Of a stretch of 64,000 nt of DNA, positions 18,861 through 28,064 are shown piece after piece. The DNA comes from Candidatus Eiseniibacteriota bacterium (GTDB lineage: Bacteria; Eisenbacteria; RBG-16-71-46; SZUA-252), in the NCBI GenBank assembly GCA_005893275.1, contig VBOW01000020.1:23870-87869 (forward strand), in the 5' to 3' direction. The notes under the pieces were generated by a model, which was given only the letters and a program-made list of their open reading frames with translations, made no database searches and was not told where the DNA came from. Position 1 is the stretch's first letter, and every line of letters starts with the position of its first letter. The position numbers were made by a program, and so were the translations under genes.

Positions 18861-19226
18861 ATGCATTGGCCGCTCCCAGGCCGGGGGGCATGCCCTCGGC
18901 TTCCGAATGGGCCCTCTAAGGCCTTTTTGCGGTTGATTTTGGCTCTTCGTTGTGCTAGCTTCCAACAGGTAGCCGGTTCGCCTGCCCAAAGGAAGGGTGC
19001 GCATGGCTCCAATCGGTCCAAACGATGATCGGACGGCGGTGCCTGCCGACACTCCGTCCCTGGAATTCCCCCCGCCAAAGTCCCCTTTCATTCATTCCGT
19101 CCGAAAAGAGCGCGACGTGGAATCGTCTATCGCTCGGGAGCGTTCATTATGGGTCGATCACATGGTTCCGGGGAATCCCCTCCCCAGCACGGAAACGCAC
19201 GGGCCGGAATCGCGGGGGTGGCGCCG

Positions 19227-19553
19227 ATGATGACGCTTCGCAACCGGCTGATTCGTTTCGGATTTCTCCTGGGCCTGCTGGCGGTTCTGGCGTTCGGGAC
19301 CTCCTTCGGGCCGACCCAGGCTCTAGCCAGACCGGCCGGCACGGGCGGGCCGGACGGCGAGCCCTACACCGGCGATCCAACCGGGGACGATCTGCCCAGC
19401 CCGACCCCGAAACCGCTCGCGCGCGTCGCGAAGCTCGGCGTGGAAGATACCCATGCGACGAAGGGTGCGCTCGTATTGCGCTACGGAGGGTTCGATTCGT
19501 CCAACCGCTGGAGTCTCTATTTCAGCATCTTGGTCCGCCTCGGCCTGCGCTAG
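19227..19553 (+). CDS. Hypothetical small secreted protein
   Basis: Predicted signal peptide MMTLRNRLIRFGFLLGLLAVLAFGTSFGPTQALA, then a Pro/Gly/Asp-rich region. No recognisable domain. Confidence 0.3.
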   Translation: MMTLRNRLIRFGFLLGLLAVLAFGTSFGPTQALARPAGTGGPDGEPYTGDPTGDDLPSPTPKPLARVAKLGVEDTHATKGALVLRYGGFDSSNRWSLYFSILVRLGLR

Positions 19554-19610
19554 GCGGCGAGAAGGAGCGACCGACCGGGGGGCGGGCGCAAAGCCCGCTC
19601 CCATAAGCTC

Positions 19611-21926
19611 ATGATTCACGACCACGCACACGGATTCGATGCGGCGACGCTCCAGCGGCGCCTGGACGAGCTGATCGGACACGCCCGCTTCGGCGCGGCG
19701 CTCGACCTGATCGCGGAGTTCCAGGGCCGCGGCCCGCTGCCTTCCGAGATCGAGCACCCGATCCACCTCGCGCGCTGCCGCGCCCTGCTCGGTCTCGGAA
19801 GGTGGCGCGAGGTTGCCGACCTCGCCGAGAAAAAACTCGAAGAGTTGTACGCGCTGCGTCCGGAGGACAAGAGGCCCATCCTCGAATACCACATCGCCGC
19901 GGGACGCGCGGTGTGGCGGATCGGCCGTCCATCCAGGGCCGAGGAGCACTTCCGCGCCGCCTACCATATCAGCCGCTGGGATTTCGAAGACCTCGAGGCG
20001 ATGCTTCGAAGCAGGAATCTGCTCGGCCTCTGCTTCCTCGGCGCCGGCGAGATCCAGCGCGCCGTGGGCGAGTTCGCCCGCGGCCAGCTCCAGGCACGCG
20101 GTGCCGGGCTCTACCATGAAGAGGCGAACTTCTCGCTCAACTTGAGCATCGCCCTGGCGAAGCTTGGCCGATTCGAGCAAGCGGACCAGGAGCTCTCCCG
20201 CGCGCGCTCCCTGTTTGGCGAGCGCGGGCACTCCCGGGGCAAGGTTCAGACGCGGCTTTGTCTCGGGCAGCATCTCCGCATCCGAGGGGACCTGCGCGAC
20301 GCGGAATCCCATATCCGCGGCGCGCTCTCGGAAGCGGAGGAGCACGGCTTTGAGCGCGAGCATGTCATCGCCCTCGAATACCTCGGGGACATCGCGCTCG
20401 ATCAATTCGACAACCAGGCTGCGATCGAACGCTACGACCAGGCCCTTCTGCTCGCGGAAAGGCTCGCGCCCGAAGGGGACTTGATTCCGGAGCTCTGTCG
20501 CCGGATTGCCGAGGTCCACGTTCGCATCGGCGAGCCGAATCGCGCCCTCATTACATGCGAGCGGGGCCTCCGCATCGCGCGGCGGATCAACGACCGCTTC
20601 GAGGAGGCCGCCACCTGCCGCGTCATGGCCATGGCCCATCAGATTCTCGGGCATCGGGAGCGCGCGCTCCGGGCGGCCCGGGAGGGCATCCAACTCCTGC
20701 GCAAGATCGAGGCGATGTACGAGCTGACCCGCATCCTTGTCTGGAGCGGTGAAGCGCAGCTCGCGGGAAGGGATCCCGAGGAACGCGGCGTCGCGCGCGA
20801 CCATCTCTGGGAGGCACGCAGCCTCGCGATGACGATGAACCTCGAGCGCTGGGTCGAGCGCATCGAGAAGGTGCTGGGCGTGGATCTCGAACCCGCGCCG
20901 CCCAGGCCCGCGTTCCGAGGCGTTCCCACCGACGCAATGCCCGCGGGAGCGGAGCCCGAGTGCTTCCGTTTCGGCATCGTCACGCAGGATCCAAGGATCA
21001 CCGAGCTGATCCGGATCCTCGAGCGCGCCGCCAGCAGCCGGCTGCCCATCCTCATCCTCGGCGAGAAGGGAAGCGGGCGGGAGCTTCTGGCCCGCGCCGC
21101 GCATGAGCTGGGAGACCGCAGGGACCGGCCTTTCGTCGTGGGCCGGTGCTCGACGCTTCCCGACGGCCACCTGGATGCCGACCTCTTCGGACACGATCGT
21201 GGCGGCGGGCCCGGAGCCGGCGCGCCGAGGGTGGGCCTCTTCGAAGGGGCGGACGGCGGGCTGATGTACCTGGACGAGGTGAGCGAGCTTCTCGTCGGCG
21301 CCCAGGCGAAGCTTCTTCGGGTGATCGAGATGGGCGAGCTGCGCCGCGTGGGTGCGGCGGGCGTACGCCACGTGGACGTCCGCGTGATCGCGGCTTCCAC
21401 GAAGGACCTCGGTGGTCTGGTGCGCCGGGGTCTCTTCCGGGACGACCTCTACTACCGTCTGAACGGGATCCGCCTCGAGGTTCCGCCGCTCCGCGATCGG
21501 ATCGAGGATGTGGAACTGATCGGACGGTACTTGCTGGAACGGGCCTGCGCACAGGCGAAGAAGCGCGTGGCCTTCACCGCGGACGTCTGGGCCCAGTTCC
21601 GGAGCCATACGTGGCCCGGCAACGTGGAGGAGTTGAGGGGCACCATCGACCGCGCGGTCGCGCTCGCGAGAGACGGGGACCTGATCGGAGCCGAGCTGAT
21701 CCCGCTCCGGCCCGCGCGGCGCCCGGCGCGCGTCCCGACCGGATCGCCGGAGCCCTCGCGCGGCGAGAATCGGAGTGAGCGGGAGCGGATCGTGACGGCG
21801 CTTCGAGCGCACCGCGGCAACCAGTCCGAAGCCGCCCGCAGCCTGGGCGGGATGAAGCGGACCACGCTCTTATACAAGATGAAGAAACTCGATATCCGCC
21901 CCGAGGAGTATGGCTCCACCCCTTGA
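19611..21926 (+). CDS. Transcriptional regulator: N-terminal TPR-like domain + bEBP-family AAA+ domain (degenerate GAFTGA and Walker A) + C-terminal Fis-type HTH
   Basis: AAA+ region ILILGEKGSGRELLARAAH...DLFGHDRGGGPGAGAPRVGLFEGADGGLMYLDEVSEL...RVIAASTKDL...FRDDLYYRLNGIRLEVPPLRDR. HTH QSEAARSLGGMKRTTLLYKMKKLDI. Confidence 0.8.
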   Translation: MIHDHAHGFDAATLQRRLDELIGHARFGAALDLIAEFQGRGPLPSEIEHPIHLARCRALLGLGRWREVADLAEKKLEELYALRPEDKRPILEYHIAAGRAVWRIGRPSRAEEHFRAAYHISRWDFEDLEAMLRSRNLLGLCFLGAGEIQRAVGEFARGQLQARGAGLYHEEANFSLNLSIALAKLGRFEQADQELSRARSLFGERGHSRGKVQTRLCLGQHLRIRGDLRDAESHIRGALSEAEEHGFEREHVIALEYLGDIALDQFDNQAAIERYDQALLLAERLAPEGDLIPELCRRIAEVHVRIGEPNRALITCERGLRIARRINDRFEEAATCRVMAMAHQILGHRERALRAAREGIQLLRKIEAMYELTRILVWSGEAQLAGRDPEERGVARDHLWEARSLAMTMNLERWVERIEKVLGVDLEPAPPRPAFRGVPTDAMPAGAEPECFRFGIVTQDPRITELIRILERAASSRLPILILGEKGSGRELLARAAHELGDRRDRPFVVGRCSTLPDGHLDADLFGHDRGGGPGAGAPRVGLFEGADGGLMYLDEVSELLVGAQAKLLRVIEMGELRRVGAAGVRHVDVRVIAASTKDLGGLVRRGLFRDDLYYRLNGIRLEVPPLRDRIEDVELIGRYLLERACAQAKKRVAFTADVWAQFRSHTWPGNVEELRGTIDRAVALARDGDLIGAELIPLRPARRPARVPTGSPEPSRGENRSERERIVTALRAHRGNQSEAARSLGGMKRTTLLYKMKKLDIRPEEYGSTP

Positions 21927-22059
21927 CCCTCCGGCCGTGCCCCGCCTATAATCGGGTCGTAGTCTAACCAGCCGACTTTCAATACCTTGTGGCAGCCGAG
22001 GCGGCGCGTCCGTGCCTTCTTCGGCGTGCCGATCTCCATCGACCCCCTGGGAGCGACGC

Positions 22060-22515
22060 ATGATCTCCGAGCTGATGAAGGGCCTTTCGATCACGCTGTC
22101 GCATTTTTTCAAGAAGCCGGTGACGCTCCGCTATCCCGAGGTGAGGATGGAGATGTTTCCCAGATTTCGCGGCTTGCACGAGCTTCACCGCTACGAAAAC
22201 GGGCTCGAGCGCTGCGTCTGCTGCGGGCTTTGCGCCGCGGTGTGCCCGGCCGACGCGATCTACATGGAGGCAGCGGAAAACTCGGAAACGGAGCGCTATT
22301 CGGCGGGGGAGCGTTATGCCAAGCGATACGAAATCGACATGCTGCGATGCATCTTTTGCGGATACTGCGAGGAGGCGTGTCCGGAAGACGCGATCTTCCT
22401 CGGACATAATTTCGAACTCTCCGACTACTCGCGGGATTCCTTCATCTACTCCAAGGAGCAGCTCTTAGTGCCTGTCGGCACGACCCACACTCCCGGCATC
22501 GTGCGCGGGCGCTAG
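22060..22515 (+). CDS. nuoI: NADH-quinone oxidoreductase subunit I
   Basis: Two 4Fe-4S ferredoxin motifs CVCCGLCAAVCP and CIFCGYCEEACP. The N-terminus MISELMKGLSITLSHFFKKPVTLRYPE is typical of NuoI. Confidence 0.85.
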   Translation: MISELMKGLSITLSHFFKKPVTLRYPEVRMEMFPRFRGLHELHRYENGLERCVCCGLCAAVCPADAIYMEAAENSETERYSAGERYAKRYEIDMLRCIFCGYCEEACPEDAIFLGHNFELSDYSRDSFIYSKEQLLVPVGTTHTPGIVRGR

Positions 22516-22541
22516 CCGGCTCAAGGCGCGAGGGGGCGCGA

Positions 22542-23303
22542 GTGCTCGAGGGCTGGATCCTCGCTCTTGGCTTCGGCTTGGTCGCCGGCCTCGCGAATGT
22601 CGCCGGCGGGTTGCTCGCGCTGAGTCAGCGGAGCTGGGACCGTGTCCGGCAGAGCTATTTCGTGGCCGCGGGCGCAGGCTTCATGCTGGCCGCGGTCCTG
22701 CTGCGGATGACCCCGGAGAGCTATCGACTCGCCGCCGGGCAGGGGCACCCGGGAATCACCGTCGGGACCCTTCTGCTCCTGGGATACCTTTGCGTACACG
22801 CCGCCGAGCACGTGCTCGTGGGCCACTTCCATTTCGGTGAGGAGACCCACCACGAGCACTGGGTCGAGCCGGTCGTGGGGACCACGGCGCTCCTGGGTCT
22901 TCTTCTCCACGCCTTTTTCGATGGGGTCTCGATCGGCTCGGGGTTCCTCGTGCAGCCGGGGCTGGGAATCCTCGTCGCGATCGCCATCCTCTTGCACAAG
23001 ATCCCCGAGGGCTTCACGGTCGCGTCGATCATGACCGCCGCGGGGCGCTCGCCGCGCGAGGCCGGATTGAGCGCAACCTGGCTCGGGCTGGCGACCCTTT
23101 GCGGCGTGGCGACGATCTCGCTCTGGTCCGGGCTCGTACGCTTCGCGCTCCCGTTCTCGGCGGGGGCCGCGCTTTATGTCGCGGCTTCGGATCTGATCCC
23201 GGCGGTGAACGAGACCAAGGGGATCCGTATGGCCCTCTGGGTGTTCGGGGGCGTGATCTTTTTCTACGCGACCGAGGCGCTCCTCGATTCCCTGGGGTTC
23301 TAA
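22542..23303 (+). CDS. ZIP family metal cation transporter (ZupT-like)
   Basis: HEHWVEPVVG...LLHAFFDGVSIGSGF...LLHKIPEGFTVASIM are ZIP signature helices. Confidence 0.8.
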   Translation: MLEGWILALGFGLVAGLANVAGGLLALSQRSWDRVRQSYFVAAGAGFMLAAVLLRMTPESYRLAAGQGHPGITVGTLLLLGYLCVHAAEHVLVGHFHFGEETHHEHWVEPVVGTTALLGLLLHAFFDGVSIGSGFLVQPGLGILVAIAILLHKIPEGFTVASIMTAAGRSPREAGLSATWLGLATLCGVATISLWSGLVRFALPFSAGAALYVAASDLIPAVNETKGIRMALWVFGGVIFFYATEALLDSLGF

Positions 23304-23407
23304 TTGACGGCGTGACGGGTGGCTGTTAAATTAACGCTGGTCGGCTTTCCTGAGATGGCACAAGAGCTTGGCCGGTTCCCCGGCCGGGCCATGAAAGGCG
23401 TGATGGC

Positions 23408-23944
23408 ATGGGCTTGGAAGAGCTGGTTCCGGACGGAATCCTCACCACAACCGTCGAGAAGATGATCAACTGGGCGCGCCGGTCCTCGCTTTGGCCGGCG
23501 ACCTTCGGGCTGGCGTGTTGCGCCATCGAGATGATGGCCACGAGCGCGTCGCGCTACGACCTTGCCCGGTTTGGAGCCGAGGTGTTCCGCGCGTCTCCCC
23601 GGCAGGCGGATCTCATGATCGTCGCCGGACGCGTGAGCAAGAAAATGGCGCCGGTCCTGAAGCGGATTTACGACCAGATGCCCGAGCCGAAGTGGGTCAT
23701 CTCGATGGGGGCGTGTGCCTCGTGCGGAGGAATTTTCAACAACTACGCGATCGTCCAGGGAGTCGATACGGTCGTGCCGGTGGACGTCTACGTCCCCGGG
23801 TGCCCGCCGCGTCCGGAGGCGCTCATCTACGGAATCATGAAGCTCCAGGAGAAGATTGACAAACAGCGCCTGAAGCAGGCTCCCCCCGTGGCCGAGAGCG
23901 AGCCTCCGCGCATCGCGACCGAAACGAGCAGCGCCACCGCCTGA
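23408..23944 (+). CDS. nuoB: NADH-quinone oxidoreductase subunit B
   Basis: [15 protein letters not shown]...[11 protein letters not shown]...[10 protein letters not shown]. Confidence 0.9.
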   Translation: MGLEELVPDGILTTTVEKMINWARRSSLWPATFGLACCAIEMMATSASRYDLARFGAEVFRASPRQADLMIVAGRVSKKMAPVLKRIYDQMPEPKWVISMGACASCGGIFNNYAIVQGVDTVVPVDVYVPGCPPRPEALIYGIMKLQEKIDKQRLKQAPPVAESEPPRIATETSSATA

Positions 23945-23948
23945 CCCG

Positions 23949-25136
23949 ATGGCCACAGCGATTTCTCCCGAATTCAAGACCATCACGATCAACATGGGGC
24001 CGCAGCACCCCTCGACCCACGGGGTGCTGCGCCTCGTGATCGAGCTGGACGGCGAGACCGTGGTTTCCCTGAAACCGGTGATCGGTTATCTCCACACCGG
24101 CATGGAGAAAACCATGGAATCGAAGAACTACCACAAGTCGATCACCGTGACCGATCGGATGGACTACCTCTCGCCCCTCGGGAACAACATGGCGTACGTG
24201 GGCGCCGTCGAAAAGCTCATGAACCTCGAGCTTCCGGAGCGCGCGCAGGTGCTGCGGGTCATCCTGCTCGAGCTGACCCGCATCTCCTCTCATCTGGTCT
24301 GGCTGGGGACCCACGCGATCGATCTGGGCGCGATGAGCGTTTTTCTCTATTGCTTCCGCGAACGGGAGAAGCTCCTCGACGTGAACGACATGGTCGCCGG
24401 CTCCCGGCTCACGCCGAGTTACTTCCGCGTGGGAGGATTTTTCCAGGACGTCCCGGACACGTTCGTGCCTCATGTCAGCAAGTTCCTGGACGAGTTTCCG
24501 ATCGCCCTCGGCGAGTACCAAGATCTTCTCACCAAAAATCGCATCTGGATGAAGCGGACGATCGGCGTGGGGGTCATCAGCGCGGAGCAGGCGATCGATC
24601 TCGCGGTCACGGGGCCCACCCTCCGCGGCAGCGGAGTCCGCTACGACGTCCGCAGGGCGCAACCCTACAGCGGTTATGAGACCTACGACTTCGAGGTGCC
24701 GCTCGGGCGAAACGGCGACGTGTACGATCGCTTTCTATGCCGGATCGAGGAGATGAAGCAGTCGCTCTCGATCGTGCGCCAAGGTCTGGATCGTCTCCGG
24801 CCCGGGCCGGTGCGGTGTGATAACCCCTACCTCTTTCCGGCGGATCGGACCGACGTGAAGCTCAACATGGAGGAGCTGATCTATCACTTCAAGATCATGT
24901 CGGAGGGGTATAGCGCTCCTCCCGGCGACGCGTACTTCGCGATCGAATCCCCGAAAGGGGAGCTCGGCTTCTATGTCGTGAGCGATGGGGGACCGATTCC
25001 CCACAGGACGCGGGTACGACCCCCGTCGTTCATCAATCTGCAGGCGCTCGAGGACATGTGTGTCGGGCGCATGGTGGCCGACACGGTGGCGTGCATCGGG
25101 AGCATCGACATCGTTCTGGGCGAGGTGGACCGCTGA
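23949..25136 (+). CDS. nuoD: NADH-quinone oxidoreductase subunit D
   Basis: ITINMGPQHPSTHGVLRLVIELDGE...HTGMEK. 395 aa, not fused to NuoC. Confidence 0.9.
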   Translation: MATAISPEFKTITINMGPQHPSTHGVLRLVIELDGETVVSLKPVIGYLHTGMEKTMESKNYHKSITVTDRMDYLSPLGNNMAYVGAVEKLMNLELPERAQVLRVILLELTRISSHLVWLGTHAIDLGAMSVFLYCFREREKLLDVNDMVAGSRLTPSYFRVGGFFQDVPDTFVPHVSKFLDEFPIALGEYQDLLTKNRIWMKRTIGVGVISAEQAIDLAVTGPTLRGSGVRYDVRRAQPYSGYETYDFEVPLGRNGDVYDRFLCRIEEMKQSLSIVRQGLDRLRPGPVRCDNPYLFPADRTDVKLNMEELIYHFKIMSEGYSAPPGDAYFAIESPKGELGFYVVSDGGPIPHRTRVRPPSFINLQALEDMCVGRMVADTVACIGSIDIVLGEVDR

Positions 25137-25137
25137 C

Positions 25138-26427
25138 ATGCTGACCGCGACGTTCGAGCCCGTCCTCACCAAGACCATGGGATACCCGGACTCTCACACG
25201 CTCGAGGTGTACAAGAAACACGGCGGGTACGAGGCGCTCGACATGGCGCTTCAGAAGCAGCCCGATGAAATCATCGACATGGTGAAGCGGTCGGGGCTGC
25301 GCGGCCGGGGCGGCGCAGGATTCCCGACGGGTACCAAGTGGGGGTTCGTCCCGAAATCAATCGACAGGCCGAAGTACATGTGCGTGAACGCGGACGAGAG
25401 CGAGCCGGGCGCGTTCAAGGACCGGCTCATCTGCCAGAAGGATCCGCACCAGCTTCTGGAGGGAACGCTGATCGGCTCCTACGCGATCGGGGCGAACCGC
25501 GCCTACATCTACATCCGGGGGGAGTTCGCGCACGAGGCGCGCCTGCTCGAGGAAGCCATCGAGGAGGCTCGCGGGGCGGGCCTCGTCGGCAGGGATATCC
25601 TGGGCTCCGGCTGGTCGTGCGAGGTCACGATGTACGTGGGCGCGGGCGCCTACATCTGCGGTGAAGAGACCGGGCTCATCGAATCGCTCGAGGGAAAGCG
25701 CGGGTGGCCGCGTCTCAAGCCGCCCTTCCCGGCGGTCGTAGGGCTCTTCGGCTGCCCGACCGTCGTGAACAACGTGGAGACCCTGGCGTGCGTGCCTCAC
25801 ATCGTGAAGCGCGGCTGGGAGTGGTTCGGCTCGATCGGCCCCGAGCGGAACAGCGGCCCCAAGCTCTACGGCCTGAGCGGCCATGTCAACAATCCCGGTG
25901 TCTACGAGCTGCCGATGGGGGTTTCCCTGCGCGAGCTGATCGACGAGTACGGTGGGGGCGTCCCGGGGGGCCGGCCGGTGAAGGGGGTCATCCCCGGCGG
26001 CGCGTCCTGCCCGGTCCTCCGCGGCGATGAAATCGACCTCTCGATGGATTTCGATTCCCTGACGAGGGCCGGATCGCTTTTCGGGACGGGCACGCCGATC
26101 GTCATGGACGACACGACGTGCATGGTCCGCGCGGCGTGGATCACGGCAAGATTTTTCGCGCACGAGTCGTGCGGCCAATGCACTCCGTGCCGCGAGGGAT
26201 GTGGTTGGATGCAGCGCCTGCTCTGGAAGATCGAAACGGGCGAGGGGGAGGAACGCGACCTGGATACGCTTCTCTCCGTCACCGATCAGATCGAAGGGAA
26301 CACGATCTGCGCTCTGGGTGACGCGGCCGCGTGGCCCGCCCGCGGCTTTGCGAAGAAGTACCGGGAGGAGTTCCTCCAGCACATCCGCGAGAAGCGCTGC
26401 CCCCTGAGCGGCGGCTCGCTCCACTAG
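25138..26427 (+). CDS. nuoF: NADH-quinone oxidoreductase subunit F
   Basis: GLRGRGGAGFPTGTKWGF, CGQCTPCREG (4Fe-4S), ESCGQCTPC. ATG at 25138 is 2 nt after the nuoD stop. Confidence 0.9.
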   Translation: MLTATFEPVLTKTMGYPDSHTLEVYKKHGGYEALDMALQKQPDEIIDMVKRSGLRGRGGAGFPTGTKWGFVPKSIDRPKYMCVNADESEPGAFKDRLICQKDPHQLLEGTLIGSYAIGANRAYIYIRGEFAHEARLLEEAIEEARGAGLVGRDILGSGWSCEVTMYVGAGAYICGEETGLIESLEGKRGWPRLKPPFPAVVGLFGCPTVVNNVETLACVPHIVKRGWEWFGSIGPERNSGPKLYGLSGHVNNPGVYELPMGVSLRELIDEYGGGVPGGRPVKGVIPGGASCPVLRGDEIDLSMDFDSLTRAGSLFGTGTPIVMDDTTCMVRAAWITARFFAHESCGQCTPCREGCGWMQRLLWKIETGEGEERDLDTLLSVTDQIEGNTICALGDAAAWPARGFAKKYREEFLQHIREKRCPLSGGSLH

Positions 26428-26435
26428 AGGGTCGG

Positions 26436-28064
26436 ATGGCTCCTGTAACCATCAAGGTCGACGGGCGGGAGGTCTCGGTCGAGAAGGGCACGAATCTCAT
26501 CGAGGCCGCGAAGAAGGCGGGGGTCTTCGTGCCGCATTTCTGCTACCACCCCGGGCTGCCCGTGGTCGGAGTGTGTCGGATCTGCCTCTGCGAGCTCGAG
26601 GGACGCCCGAAGCTTGTCGCGGGGTGTGCGACCCCGGCCGAGGAGGGAATGCACATCATCACCCGCTCTCCCAAAGTGGCCGACGCGCGCCGGGCCGTCA
26701 TGGAATTCCTGCTCATCCATCATCCGCTCGATTGCCCCATGTGCGACAAGGGCGGAGAGTGCACGTTACAGGACTACACGATGCTCATGGGCCCGGCGCG
26801 GAGCCGGTTCAAGTTCGAGAAGATCACCTGGCCCGAAGAGGACGTGGGCGGGAAGCTCGTTCTGAACAAGAACCGCTGCATTCTCTGCATGCGCTGCGTC
26901 AACCTCTGCAAGGAGGTCGCCGGGCTGGACGAGATCGCGGTCCTGAATCGCGGGGAACAGACCTACATCGGAACGGTCGACGGGAGAAAGATCGAGAACG
27001 AGCTCGCGGGGAACATCGCGGATATCTGTCCCGTCGGCGCCCTGACCAGCAAGGACTTCCGTTTCCGAGCGCGCCCCTGGGAGCTCGCCAACACGCCCTC
27101 GGTCTGCCCGCACTGCTCCAAAGGATGCAACATCACCGTGGGGTACCATCCGCGCAAGAACGAGATCCTCCGCATCACGGCACGCACGAACATGGACGTG
27201 AACCAGTGGTGGATCTGCGACCGTGGCCGCGGTGGCTTCCATTTCGTCCACGATTCCAAGCGGCTTCTCGCCCCGGCGCGCGGGGCGAACGGTAACTCCC
27301 GGAGTGTCGCGTGGAAGCAAGCGATCCTGGAAATCGCCCAATCCTTGAGGGATATCATCGTTCGTCACGGCGCGCGCGCGGTCGGGGTCGTCGGATCCGG
27401 GACGATGACGAACGAGGAGTGCTACCTCGCCCGGGCCGTCTTCAAGGACGGGCTCGGCGTCTCGAATCTCGACTTCCCCCCGAGACCCCAGCAGGAGGTC
27501 GTCTACAAGCAATTCACGATCGAAGGGGACAAGGATCCGAACGCGCGGGGCGCCGCGCTCTGCGGCATGGCACCGGGAGCGAGCGGCCTCGGTGTCCGCG
27601 ACATGATGCGCGCCGCCGCCGAGGGCACGATCAAAGCGCTCGTGTTCCTCCGCGGAGGCCCGCTCGATCTCTTCGGCGATCCTGCGATCGTGGAGCGCGC
27701 GCTCAAGAAGGTGGACCTGCTGCTGGTGATCGATTTCACTCCTTCGCCGGTCTCCGAACGGGCGCACTGGGTTCTGCCGGGAGTCACGTTCGCCGAGAAG
27801 GAAGGGACCTTCACCAACTCGAAGGGGCGCGTCCAGCGCATTCGGAAGATCCTCACGATCCGCGGAGACACCCGCGAAGACTGGCGTATTCTCCAAGATT
27901 TGGGCATGGCGCTCGGCGTCTTGCCCGCGAGCGATCCCGATCCGGAGCGGGTATTCCTCCGGCTTGCCCAAGCAGTCCCCGCATTCTCGGGACTCTCGTA
28001 CGCCACCCTGGGAGAGCTTGGTGCGCCGATCGCCGCCGCGACGGCGGACGTCGCCGTGGGGTGA
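26436..28064 (+). CDS. nuoG: NADH-quinone oxidoreductase subunit G (short, 542 aa)
   Basis: MAPVTIKVDGREVSVEKGTNLIEAA...CYHPGLPVVGVCRICLCE...HPLDCPMCDKGGECTLQD. The 2Fe-2S and 4Fe-4S motifs are present. Confidence 0.85.
   Translation: MAPVTIKVDGREVSVEKGTNLIEAAKKAGVFVPHFCYHPGLPVVGVCRICLCELEGRPKLVAGCATPAEEGMHIITRSPKVADARRAVMEFLLIHHPLDCPMCDKGGECTLQDYTMLMGPARSRFKFEKITWPEEDVGGKLVLNKNRCILCMRCVNLCKEVAGLDEIAVLNRGEQTYIGTVDGRKIENELAGNIADICPVGALTSKDFRFRARPWELANTPSVCPHCSKGCNITVGYHPRKNEILRITARTNMDVNQWWICDRGRGGFHFVHDSKRLLAPARGANGNSRSVAWKQAILEIAQSLRDIIVRHGARAVGVVGSGTMTNEECYLARAVFKDGLGVSNLDFPPRPQQEVVYKQFTIEGDKDPNARGAALCGMAPGASGLGVRDMMRAAAEGTIKALVFLRGGPLDLFGDPAIVERALKKVDLLLVIDFTPSPVSERAHWVLPGVTFAEKEGTFTNSKGRVQRIRKILTIRGDTREDWRILQDLGMALGVLPASDPDPERVFLRLAQAVPAFSGLSYATLGELGAPIAAATADVAVG

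Noticed and set aside
18795-19091. 98-aa minus-strand ORF in the GGDEF/bEBP intergenic region
   Set aside because: No start context, no motifs, and it spans the AT-rich promoter region. Likely non-coding.
19582-19598. GCGGGC-gcaaa-GCCCGC hairpin just upstream of the bEBP start
   Set aside because: It has a 6-bp stem but no T-tract. It could be an attenuator or a site for an RNA-binding protein, but it is indistinguishable from a chance GC palindrome in 68% GC DNA.
19323-21812. 829-aa minus-strand ORF antisense to the TPR-AAA+ regulator
   Set aside because: Arg/Pro/Gly/Ala-rich, low-complexity translation, typical of a high-GC antisense frame. The sense strand encodes a protein with clear conserved motifs.
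23355-23375. Sigma54 promoter-like TGGCAC-N6-TTGG upstream of nuoB
   Set aside because: The spacing is 6 nt and not the usual 4-5, and the -12 element is TTGG and not TTGC(A/T). With only this one weak match in the window, and the neighbouring regulator lacking GAFTGA, I do not call it.
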